NCBI GenBank assembly: GCA_002722695.1
Contig: PBMS01000029.1
Coordinates: 5,724 to 69,723 of the forward strand
DNA length: 64,000 bases
Reading direction: 5' to 3'
Source of the DNA: Methanobacteriota archaeon
GTDB lineage: Archaea; Thermoplasmatota; Poseidoniia; Poseidoniales; Poseidoniaceae
The notes under the pieces are model-generated. The model made no database searches and was not told the DNA's origin. It saw only the letters and a program-made list of their open reading frames with translations. Positions 18,877 to 27,930 of this stretch are shown here, one piece after another. Position numbers and translations under genes: made by a program. Within the stretch, counting starts at the first letter, position 1. The number at the start of each line of letters is the position of its first letter.

Positions 18877-21702
18877 TCACGAATAGACGACGGCTGGAGA
18901 AAGCGGCATGGCCGAGCCTGATCGACCGGTGTCGTCGTGGTCGCTTTCGCCGACCACCACCATCACCGCCTCAAGGCCGAGTTCGACGGCGATGAACGCA
19001 CTCGCAGCGTCGAGGACAGCCTGTTCCTCCATGGTTGACGCAACGACGGCTTTTGACGCATCGTCCCACTTGAACACCTGCGGAAGCATTTTTTTGCCCC
19101 AGAACCCAATCATCTCGCCTTTTCGCTCACCTTGGGTCATCGGCATTTCTTGAAGGATCGGTATGAATTTCTTCGGATGACCACCGTCGTGTATGAACGT
19201 CAGCGCTGCTCGAGCCATGGTGCGCTTCCACGACGGAGCCACAACAAACGTCGCCTGAGATGCGGACGTCCCGAGATGGCGTTCCGCAACCACACGAACC
19301 TTTCTGGCTTGTTCGAGGACGTCTCGGATGTATTGCTCCGCAGAGAGCACGAGGTTCTGTTCATCCGTGAGAGGAGCTGGCAGAGGCAACGTGCTGCCGG
19401 AAACGAAGGTCGAGGTGGAATCGAGGTTCGCCCACCACTCTTCGGCGAGATGCGGTGTTGAGACCGAGACCATTTGAGCCCAGATCGGCAACCAACGATG
19501 AGCGACCTCAAGATTTTCTCCGCCTCGGCGTGTGTACCAGTTGATGTCTTTGATGATGTCGTAATGCGATATCTCGACGGCTCGACGCAAATCGTATTCA
19601 TCCATCGCCGTGCAGAATTCATGCGTGCGCTGGGTCATTCGAGCGTCCAACCAAGCGTCCATCGGTGAAGGCTTGACCTTCCAGGCGGTGAGTTGGTGAG
19701 GCATGGACCGCATCTGCACCATCACGCGATGGTTCGCATCCAGTGCGGTGTCGGACCAGTCCATGCCGGCCGTGGGGTTGGCGGCGAAGAGAATGAACAG
19801 ACGCACGGTGTCTGCCCCGTACAGCGAGATCATCTCCTCGGGAGAAACGGTGTTGCCAAGCGATTTGCTCATCTTGGCCGATCGTGAACTCAACTCGCTG
19901 CCGCATTGAGGACAGGGGCTTCCTTCGTGCACGGTTGGGAGCGTGATGCCGCACGGTTGACAAAACGGTGCTGCCTTGTTGACCATCCCTTGACACAGAA
20001 GCTCGTTGAAGGGTTCGGCCACATCCGTCAACCCCAGATCTCGGAGCGCCTTGGTCATGAAGCGAGCGTAAATGAGGTGCATTTGGGCGTGCTCAATACC
20101 GCCGCAGTAGAAATCCACCTGCATCCAATGGTCGGCGATGTTCTTGGCGAACGCTTGGTCGTCGTTGAGCGGATCGGTGTAGCGTAGGAAGTACCAGCTC
20201 GAATCCATGAACGTGTCCATGGTGTCGGTCTCCCGCCGGGCTGGTTTGCCGCACTTTGGGCAATCCACGTTGACGAAGGTCTCAGAGGTTTCCAATGGGT
20301 TTCCGTGGCCGAACACCACGTCGCGCGGGAGTTCAACCGGGAGATCCTCTTCAGGGACCGGCACCGCCCCACAATCGTCGCAATGGATAACGGGTATAGG
20401 AGTCCCCCAATACCGTTGGCGAGACACGAGCCATGGACGTATTTTCCAGTTGATGGTTTGATGCCCTCTTGAGCGCTCTTCGAGGGCCTGGCATACGGCG
20501 TCCTTGGCAGCTTGACCGTACAGACCGTCGAAGCCCTCCACCGGGCTGTTCACCATCCAGCCAAGATCGATTTCCGCTTTGCTCATCGGTGCCGCTGGAT
20601 CTGCCCCCTCCTTCATGACAAGCACGCGCTGAATGGGAATGCCGTATTTTTTTGCAAAATCAAAATCGCGCTCATCGTGAGCAGGAACGGCCATGACGGC
20701 CCCGGTTCCGTAGGTTGCGATCACGAAATTTCCAAACCAGATGGGCACCCGTTCCTCGGTCAATGGATGAACAGCGTAGCGACCGGAGAAAATGCCCTTC
20801 TTTTTGTTCATGTTCTTGATTCTGTCAAATTCGGCAATGGTGGCCATCTCGTCATGAAATTCTCTCCATACGGGCTCATGTTCGGTGCCGGCCACGAGCG
20901 ATTCAGCGAGGGGATGTTCCGGCGCTAAGGTGACGAAGGTGGCGCCAAACAACGTGTCCGGGCGAGTGGTGAACACGTCGATGGTCTCCTCTCGTCCTTC
21001 GATGCTGAACTGGATGTTGGCGCCTTCAGAACGACCCAGCCAGTCCAACTGGAGGGATTTCACGTGCTCAGGAAATGCAATGCTGTCCAACCCGTCTTCG
21101 AGCTCTTGACAGTAAGCGGGGAGGTCGAGGAACCACTGACTCATTTCCTTCTGAGCCACCGGGCCGTTGCATCGCCAGCAACGCCCAGCCTTGACCTGTT
21201 CGTTGGCGAGGACGGTGCTGCAGGATTGACACCAATTAACGGGCGCAAATTCTCGACGAGCCAATCCATTTTCCATGAATTTTGTGAAAAACCACTGATT
21301 CCATTTGTAATATCGGGGGTCGTGGCTTTTGAGCGTCCGTCGCCAATCGTAAGAGAACCCCATCCGCTTGATTTGCTCGGTGATGGACGCCATGTTGCGC
21401 TCGGTGATGTCGTGAGGATGGCCGCCTTCGGAGATGGCTGCGTTTTCTGCAGGCATCCCGAAGGAATCAAAGCCCATTGGGTAGAGGACATCAAAGCCCA
21501 TCAGGCGCTTGAACCGGGCCACTGCATCGCCGATGGAGTAGTTTCTGACGTGCCCCATGTGCATTTTACCGGATGGGTACGGGTACATCTCAAGACAGTA
21601 GAACTTGGGTCGGTCCGGGTGAAGGTCGGCATGAAACAAACCGGCATCGTCCCATTGCCGCTGCCAACCGACTTCGTCAACCGGCGTCGTTTCCACTGAC
21701 AT
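18877..21702 (-). CDS. leuS: Leucyl-tRNA synthetase (archaeal type)
   Basis: 941 aa with the HIGH-region context YPYPSGKMHMGHVRNY and a KMSKS motif (SAKMSKSLGN). Confidence 0.9.
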   Translation of the reverse strand: MSVETTPVDEVGWQRQWDDAGLFHADLHPDRPKFYCLEMYPYPSGKMHMGHVRNYSIGDAVARFKRLMGFDVLYPMGFDSFGMPAENAAISEGGHPHDITERNMASITEQIKRMGFSYDWRRTLKSHDPRYYKWNQWFFTKFMENGLARREFAPVNWCQSCSTVLANEQVKAGRCWRCNGPVAQKEMSQWFLDLPAYCQELEDGLDSIAFPEHVKSLQLDWLGRSEGANIQFSIEGREETIDVFTTRPDTLFGATFVTLAPEHPLAESLVAGTEHEPVWREFHDEMATIAEFDRIKNMNKKKGIFSGRYAVHPLTEERVPIWFGNFVIATYGTGAVMAVPAHDERDFDFAKKYGIPIQRVLVMKEGADPAAPMSKAEIDLGWMVNSPVEGFDGLYGQAAKDAVCQALEERSRGHQTINWKIRPWLVSRQRYWGTPIPVIHCDDCGAVPVPEEDLPVELPRDVVFGHGNPLETSETFVNVDCPKCGKPARRETDTMDTFMDSSWYFLRYTDPLNDDQAFAKNIADHWMQVDFYCGGIEHAQMHLIYARFMTKALRDLGLTDVAEPFNELLCQGMVNKAAPFCQPCGITLPTVHEGSPCPQCGSELSSRSAKMSKSLGNTVSPEEMISLYGADTVRLFILFAANPTAGMDWSDTALDANHRVMVQMRSMPHQLTAWKVKPSPMDAWLDARMTQRTHEFCTAMDEYDLRRAVEISHYDIIKDINWYTRRGGENLEVAHRWLPIWAQMVSVSTPHLAEEWWANLDSTSTFVSGSTLPLPAPLTDEQNLVLSAEQYIRDVLEQARKVRVVAERHLGTSASQATFVVAPSWKRTMARAALTFIHDGGHPKKFIPILQEMPMTQGERKGEMIGFWGKKMLPQVFKWDDASKAVVASTMEEQAVLDAASAFIAVELGLEAVMVVVGESDHDDTGRSGSAMPLSPAVVYS

Positions 21703-21798
21703 GCTGCATCACCGCCCTGAGGACAGCCCGACCCACTCGCCAACACGCTATGAAATCCACGCTTCAAATCGTGCCACACGACGAAGAATCCAAGGGAT

Positions 21799-24357
21799 TC
21801 AAACGAAGTCGGTGTTGGTGAAGTCGTCGCTGGTCTCCAGCAAGAACACGGCTTCTCGAGTGAGTTTGTATCGGTTTTTGACGCCCATCTTTCTTCGTTC
21901 AACCAGGCCGAATTTTTGCAAGGTTCGCAGGTGATGAGAAATCAATTGCTGGCTCTTCTCAAGTCGCTTCGCAAGCTCGGCCTGCGTTGGGAATTGGCCG
22001 AGTCCACCTTCGCGATCGAGCAGGTTGAGGATCTTTCCCTGCAGACTGTTCGGATCGGGTGAAAGGGGTGGGACCGGCAGGTCTTCCTCGGGCATGTTGG
22101 GGTGAAGCTGATTGGTCAACGGGTAAAAGCGAACCAAGCGCCCGTCGGACTTCCGCCACACGTGCTCTTCCGCTTCCAGCACTCGAAGGTGGTGGGTGAT
22201 TTGCCCGTTGCTCATGTCGAGGGCGCTCATCAACGCACGGAAGTGGCAGCCGGGGTTGGCGGTTAGATACCCCATCAACCGACCGCGCTGATAGCGCCCG
22301 TCGGTGGTTTCGTGGGTCTTTCCGATGAGGCCGAGGAACCACAGGCCTGCGGCTGTGGCCGGAATCCGCAAGGCTTCATTGGTGGCGGTGGCCACCAGGA
22401 AAAGCGACAACACCGAAGTCGTGATGACGACCACGGCCACCGAAACCGCTGTGCTTGGCGAGGGTGCTTCTTGGACGGCTTCGACCGGTGCCGCCGCAGC
22501 ATCGGTGGAGTCGTCCTCCGCCTGCAGACTGGCTTCCATGCGGACCTCAAGGACTTCCACAGAGGGTGCGAGGTAGTCTGCACAAGCGGGTGAAGGCTCG
22601 GTCGGTGATACGACATAGAGCCCTTCGACGAGAGAACTGGGTTCCCAGGAGGGAAGGGTTCGTGCGTTGGACAGCAGATACGTGGATCCGTCTGTGTCCA
22701 TTGCATGACAGACGCCCCGGTCCGTGAGGAGGCCAAACCACGTGCCGAGCAGTTCGAACGTTTCGGGCTCAACCGTCGCTTCCTCCGCATCATCGGTTCC
22801 CGTAAAGTCAGCTGGCCAAGCAAAAGGCATGCTGGTGGAAGCGGCGGACGTGGAGAGGACGGTGAGACGAAGGGTGTAGAAGCCGTCGGGGAGAATGGGG
22901 GTGCCGTCCTGGATCAAACGAACATCAAGGTCGTCGAATTGGAGCGGTTCTGAGTCCCCAGGGATGAGAATCTTCCGTCCATCGTAAGCGTCGCAAAGGG
23001 TCTGGAACATGTGAATTGAGACTTGGTCTTCGTCAAGGAATTCAACCTCAAAGGAACACGGCTGAGCCATCCTCAAATGATGGGGTTCAGCGTTGGAAAC
23101 GGTCGGTACCACTCGCAACGTGTCCTCGCCTGACCATTCCAACGTGGCCTCGAGCAAAGCCGATTGAGTCGGGGCGCAGGGGTTGGTTTCTCCGGGGTGG
23201 AAATCTATGCGTTGCGTGGTGCTCATACCGAGCTCAGGAAGTTCAGCCACCACGGTGTACACACCGGGCTCGGCCTTGCAACCGTCGGCTGTGAAGAAGT
23301 TCCACTGAGGAAGCGTGAAGCGTTCGGTTTCGCCTGTGGAAAGCGCCATTTCCAATTCAATATCGACGCAGTTCGCTTCCTCCCGGCTGTCAAAGACAAC
23401 GTCGCCCAAATCGTTGACCACCCACATCTCTGCCTTGCACGAGGTGGTGAACTCCAAAACCACCTGCTCTTCCAGCGAGTTGCTGAGCAACACTTCGCTG
23501 ATCAGAACGTCGTTTGAGCCGAAGGCGGGAAGCTCGTTTCCGCTGAGCGCGAGCGTCATGTCCAGTGCCAGGATGTCTGGGCCCTCGCTCTGACTCAGCA
23601 GGGTGGTGAAGATGGACACACCACCGGACGAAGCGATGGACACGCTTGACGACGGGTCAGCGCTGAATTGTTCCACGAGGATCATCTCACCCGGCATGAG
23701 AAGGTCAACGCCCGCCGTGCACGGGGCACCCAATCTGTGAACGTCGTCGATTGTAAGTTCAAGCAAGCACGGTGTTGCTGATGGAAGAACGACGCTTTCC
23801 GGCAAGGGGTTGTGGAGATTGACCATGTGAACCACAGGACCGCTGGACGTCCGCTGAGCGGTTTCCACCGAGTACACGAGTCCCGTGGGGAGGGGCACCG
23901 GCGTCTGGATGGTGACGAGTTCAGTGGTCGAAATCCCCGATGAATGCATCAGTTCAACGCTGTATTCGCCGCTTTCAAGCCACAGGCCTTCGTTGTCTTT
24001 CATGGACCATGTCATCGCCTCGTACTCAACTCGCTCACCCGCAAACACGTCCATCCCCTGCTCACGGGAAGGGCATGCGTCCGCACCGTTGACGAGTTGG
24101 ACGCCGGTGGCGTTGTAGACGTTGATGTACAACGGACAGGAGGGGTTGACGGTGAGTGTGACGTCAGGGCCGCTGTTGGACAGCGTCGGGACCAACACAA
24201 GCGGCTGATCGGGTGAATACCACGGCTGGTCGGGAATGCTCTGTGGGACGGCCTCGAGAACAACGTTGCCTTCATCGGCCGACGCCATGCCGATGAACAG
24301 CGAGGTCAACAACAACCCCGCAAGGACCAACATACGGCCTGTCGGCTTCTCGCCCAT
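21799..24357 (-). CDS. Membrane-tethered transcriptional regulator-like protein, with a signal peptide, a ~650-aa extracellular beta-rich domain, TM helices and a C-terminal cytoplasmic winged-helix (ArsR/PadR-like) domain
   Basis: N-terminal LVLAGLLLTSLFIGMASA. Hydrophobic stretch AVVVITTSVLSLFLVATATN...GLWFLGLIG. C-terminal GCHFRALMSALDMSNGQITHHLRVLEAEEHVWRKSDGRLVRFYPLT is a wHTH. Start moved to the internal Met before the signal peptide. Confidence 0.5.
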   Translation of the reverse strand: MGEKPTGRMLVLAGLLLTSLFIGMASADEGNVVLEAVPQSIPDQPWYSPDQPLVLVPTLSNSGPDVTLTVNPSCPLYINVYNATGVQLVNGADACPSREQGMDVFAGERVEYEAMTWSMKDNEGLWLESGEYSVELMHSSGISTTELVTIQTPVPLPTGLVYSVETAQRTSSGPVVHMVNLHNPLPESVVLPSATPCLLELTIDDVHRLGAPCTAGVDLLMPGEMILVEQFSADPSSSVSIASSGGVSIFTTLLSQSEGPDILALDMTLALSGNELPAFGSNDVLISEVLLSNSLEEQVVLEFTTSCKAEMWVVNDLGDVVFDSREEANCVDIELEMALSTGETERFTLPQWNFFTADGCKAEPGVYTVVAELPELGMSTTQRIDFHPGETNPCAPTQSALLEATLEWSGEDTLRVVPTVSNAEPHHLRMAQPCSFEVEFLDEDQVSIHMFQTLCDAYDGRKILIPGDSEPLQFDDLDVRLIQDGTPILPDGFYTLRLTVLSTSAASTSMPFAWPADFTGTDDAEEATVEPETFELLGTWFGLLTDRGVCHAMDTDGSTYLLSNARTLPSWEPSSLVEGLYVVSPTEPSPACADYLAPSVEVLEVRMEASLQAEDDSTDAAAAPVEAVQEAPSPSTAVSVAVVVITTSVLSLFLVATATNEALRIPATAAGLWFLGLIGKTHETTDGRYQRGRLMGYLTANPGCHFRALMSALDMSNGQITHHLRVLEAEEHVWRKSDGRLVRFYPLTNQLHPNMPEEDLPVPPLSPDPNSLQGKILNLLDREGGLGQFPTQAELAKRLEKSQQLISHHLRTLQKFGLVERRKMGVKNRYKLTREAVFLLETSDDFTNTDFV

Positions 24358-24415
24358 GTGAAAACATGACCCGTTCTCCTTTGAAAGGGCAGCGGTGCAA
24401 AAGGTGTGTGAACCA

Positions 24416-27400
24416 TCACAGGTTTTCAAGGTCCATCATCGTTGGAATGGCAGCGTCTTGTGCGGCTTGCTGTTGCATTTCGTACTGCTTCCACTCCGGC
24501 AAGCCCTCGGACCCTTCCCAACCGAGTGCGCGGGCCTCTGTGTAATTCCCTTCGGCGAGGTAGTGTTGAATCCACGCTTGTCGACGTTCCTCTTCTTCAG
24601 CAACCGATGCTTGGGCAAGTTGGCCCTCTCGCTTGGCGGCCAGAGCCTTCCGCCTTCCAGCGGCACGAGCGACCTGAGCGACAACAATCAAGGCGAGCAG
24701 GAAGATGATCACGCCAGCCATGAGCTGCAGCGTTCCGTTTTCACCGCTAAGAAGTGAAGAGCCTCCGCCGTCGTTGGATTGAAGATTGGGATCCGAGGTG
24801 ATGCCGCAAACAGCCGTGGACCGGGAGCCCTGAGAGACATCGGGATCCCAAGGGCACGGATCTGCGTCGTCTGAAACACCGTCGTTGTCCGCATCGGGAC
24901 ATCCGAACTCTTCGTTCGCGGTTGACGTTCCGGGCACCTTCGGGCACGCATCGGGCTGATAGGAGCCTGTTACAGCGTTGTCGCCGTAGCCGTCCCCGTC
25001 AAAGTCGTTCCACTGCGTCACTCGAAGCGGGAAGTTATCGACGCGATTTGAACTGCTTTGGTTGTCGCCCCAGCCGTCTCCATCGATGTCGGACCACTGG
25101 CTGGCGATCTCCGGGAACGCATCGCCGCGCTGTTCTCGCAGCACCAGGAACATACCTTGGTTCTCCGTGTCAGCCTCGGTAACGTTCTCCCAGTAGTAGT
25201 TGTCACCCCAGCCATCGCCGTCGAAGTCTTCCCACTGCTCCTGGTCGGTTGGGAAGAGATCGTCAACGTCGGCATAGCCGTCCAAATCAGCATCGGGGCA
25301 CCCGTGGCGGCCTTCCTCAAACGACTTTCCAAAGACGTCAACGCAATCGTCGCCGCTGGGCACGTTGGTGTTGTCACCAAAGCCATCACCGTCGCTGTCG
25401 GCCCACTGGAACGGGTCGGAAGGGAACGCATCCAAGGGATCGGTTACACCGTCCAGGTCCGAGTCGGGGCACCCACGACTCAATTCTGCTTGCGATTCAC
25501 CGTAGTCAAGGGGACACACGTCGCCGTTTTGACCGTCGGTGTTGTCGCCGTACCCGTCGCCGTCCTCGTCACTCCACTGCGTTGAATCCGTTGGGAAGGC
25601 GTCGCCGTTGAATCCACCTGGATTGTCGCCGTAGCCGTCACCGTCACTGTCCTTCCATTGACTGGTGTCGTCGGGGAACGCATCGGGGTTGTTGCCACTG
25701 GCGTTGTCCCCACGGTTGTCGCCGTCTCGATCCGACCATTGAGTGCCGTCATCGGGGAAGGGGTCGCCAGCGTTTGAGTAGCCATCACCGTCTCGATCAG
25801 CGCATCCAATTCGGTCGATGGTGGACGAGCCCGGGTTGTTGGGGCACTCGTCGGGTTGATTCCCTTCGGGGTTGCTGCCAAATCCGTCGTTGTCTTCGTC
25901 GCACCACTGCGTGGGGTCGTCTGGGAACGCATCGGCACCAAAGCAATCGCTCGTGCTGGGCCAGCCCGCCGTTGGGTCGGAGTACCCGTCACTGTCGGTG
26001 TCAGGACACCCAAGACGATCGTATTGGGAGTCACCCCACGCGTTGGGGCAGGCGTCGGCTCGGTCGCTGTTGGGGTTGTCACCCACCCAGTCGCCGTCGC
26101 TGTCCATGTGTTGGGTTCGATCGAGCGGGAAGACGTCGGGTTGGTTCGCCGCAGGAAGGAGCAGGCCAGGCCACTCAAACGGTCGGTAGGCATTCCATGA
26201 TTCATTCTCGTAGTTGTCCCCAAAACCGTCACCGTCCGTGTCGTTCCACTGGGTGGGGTCGTTGGGGAAAGCATCACCCGACTGGTTCACGTGGTATTGG
26301 TACTCGTCCAGTTCAAAGAGGTAGTTGTCGCCGTAGCCGTCCTCATCGGCGTCCACCCACTGACTCGGGTCGAGCACCGCCCAGTCGCCTTCGTCGGACC
26401 AACCGTCGCCGTCGGCGTCGGGGCAACCGTAGCGGTCTTCGGTGGACGTCCCTGGCGTGCTGGGGCAGGCGTCGGGCTCGTTGGCTGGAGCGGGGTTGTC
26501 CCCGTACCCGTCGTTGTCCGTGTCGTCCCATTGGGTTCCGTCGGAGGGGAACGCATCGACAACACCGTCGCCTTGGTCGGTGGTGTTGTAGCCGTCGTTG
26601 TCCTCATCGATGTCAGCAAACCAGTAGTAAACGCCCTCGTCGTTGCGCCCGTGAGCCGTGACGATGTGGGTTGAGTCAGGGCTCCACGCCACGCCGTACA
26701 TGGTTCCGCACTGGTTGTTGCCTCCTGACGTGCAACCCCCCGGTCGTGGACCGCTGAACGAATCGATTTGATTGCCGGTGTAAGACTCGAAGACACGAGC
26801 GGTGGCACCGTCACTCTGGTACCAGTACATGCCCGCAACAACTTGCGAACCGTCCGATGAGAAGGTCGTGGATGCACACGATGTCGAGATCGTTGTTTGC
26901 CAAATGCGATTCCAAGAACCGCTTCCGTATTGATACATGTCAAAACTTGCCGATTGGCCTTCCCAGCCTCCGCACATGGAGATGTAATTGCCGTCCGGAG
27001 ACCACGCCACGGCGTTCACGGCAGCGGGGGGATTGGTGAACGTCCACGTCGTTGACCCGGAGGTGGTGTTCACGATGTAGATGTCACCATTACCGGCCAG
27101 CGCAATGTACTGACCGTCGGGAGAGAATGCAGTGTCGAAAAATCGATCTTCGCTGTTGGGGTTGAGGGTGTAAAGTTCCGCTCCCGTTTGCACGTCGTAG
27201 ATGGCCACTTCCCCGTTGGTGCCTTGATTGCCGTTTTCACGTCCAATCGCCACGGCTACCTTGGAGCTGTCGGGCGAGAATTCCACACTGTTCACGAGAT
27301 CGTTTCCGCCGACGTCGACGCTGCTCACGTCGTAAACCAACGACAGGTTGTTGCTGTAGAGGATGGCCAACGAATCGTTGTTGAGGCCGGCTGCGATGTA

Positions 27401-27841
27401 CATGCCGTCACCCGAGTAGTCGACGGTGGTCACTGCGGTGTTTGCGTTGAACGACCGCAGGTTGGTCCACGTGCTTGCGTTCCATATTCGAACGAATCCG
27501 TCTTCTGATCCGGTAACGATGAATTCCCCGCTGGGCGAATATTCAACAGCGTAGTAATCGTTGCTTGAACTTGTGGTGAACTCGTTCTGATAGTTGGGGT
27601 TGCTGATGACCCACGGGTCGCTGAAATCAGAGGTCCCGTCGCCGTCGCGATCCGGACAGCCGTCCTTGTCGACCGTTGAGGTGCCGGCAGCCCAAGGGCA
27701 GTCGTCGGCGCTGTCCTGAACCCCATCGCCATCGGAATCTGCGGCTTGGGTTGCAAGACTGGTCACGGAAACAAGAAACAGGAACACCAAGAGGACGGCG
27801 CCGTGTTTTCGATGCGAGCGGGTCTCGGCAGATTTTGCCAT
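24416..27841 (-). CDS. Surface protein with a signal peptide, WD40/beta-propeller repeats, extensive thrombospondin type-3 repeats and a C-terminal TM anchor with a cytoplasmic tail
   Basis: Signal LLVFLFLVSVTSLATQA. WD-like repeats (GSEDGFVRIWN). Many DxDxDGxGD repeats. C-terminal TM LMAGVIIFLLALIVVAQV. Confidence 0.65.
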   Translation of the reverse strand: MAKSAETRSHRKHGAVLLVFLFLVSVTSLATQAADSDGDGVQDSADDCPWAAGTSTVDKDGCPDRDGDGTSDFSDPWVISNPNYQNEFTTSSSNDYYAVEYSPSGEFIVTGSEDGFVRIWNASTWTNLRSFNANTAVTTVDYSGDGMYIAAGLNNDSLAILYSNNLSLVYDVSSVDVGGNDLVNSVEFSPDSSKVAVAIGRENGNQGTNGEVAIYDVQTGAELYTLNPNSEDRFFDTAFSPDGQYIALAGNGDIYIVNTTSGSTTWTFTNPPAAVNAVAWSPDGNYISMCGGWEGQSASFDMYQYGSGSWNRIWQTTISTSCASTTFSSDGSQVVAGMYWYQSDGATARVFESYTGNQIDSFSGPRPGGCTSGGNNQCGTMYGVAWSPDSTHIVTAHGRNDEGVYYWFADIDEDNDGYNTTDQGDGVVDAFPSDGTQWDDTDNDGYGDNPAPANEPDACPSTPGTSTEDRYGCPDADGDGWSDEGDWAVLDPSQWVDADEDGYGDNYLFELDEYQYHVNQSGDAFPNDPTQWNDTDGDGFGDNYENESWNAYRPFEWPGLLLPAANQPDVFPLDRTQHMDSDGDWVGDNPNSDRADACPNAWGDSQYDRLGCPDTDSDGYSDPTAGWPSTSDCFGADAFPDDPTQWCDEDNDGFGSNPEGNQPDECPNNPGSSTIDRIGCADRDGDGYSNAGDPFPDDGTQWSDRDGDNRGDNASGNNPDAFPDDTSQWKDSDGDGYGDNPGGFNGDAFPTDSTQWSDEDGDGYGDNTDGQNGDVCPLDYGESQAELSRGCPDSDLDGVTDPLDAFPSDPFQWADSDGDGFGDNTNVPSGDDCVDVFGKSFEEGRHGCPDADLDGYADVDDLFPTDQEQWEDFDGDGWGDNYYWENVTEADTENQGMFLVLREQRGDAFPEIASQWSDIDGDGWGDNQSSSNRVDNFPLRVTQWNDFDGDGYGDNAVTGSYQPDACPKVPGTSTANEEFGCPDADNDGVSDDADPCPWDPDVSQGSRSTAVCGITSDPNLQSNDGGGSSLLSGENGTLQLMAGVIIFLLALIVVAQVARAAGRRKALAAKREGQLAQASVAEEEERRQAWIQHYLAEGNYTEARALGWEGSEGLPEWKQYEMQQQAAQDAAIPTMMDLENL

Positions 27842-27930
27842 GCTTCGCCTACCTTTGTCCCTATAAAGGGCTTTTTGCCCAAATGCTCAGACAAGAAGAG
27901 CGACCAAGTCGGGCACAAAGTCTTGAACAC

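Noticed and set aside
25480-26943. Multiple long ORFs on both strands (e.g. 25774..26661 +, 26287..26943 -) inside the 1141-aa TSP3 surface protein gene
   Set aside because: They are alternative frames of the repetitive Asp-rich coding region, translating to Arg/Thr-rich junk. Only the frame giving DxDxDG repeats with a signal peptide and TM anchor is coherent.
27676-27930. Upstream extension of the STAND NTPase ORF (start at 27676)
   Set aside because: It would overlap the 5' end of the divergent surface-protein gene by 166 nt and is Arg-rich. The internal Met at 27931 gives a clean divergent arrangement.
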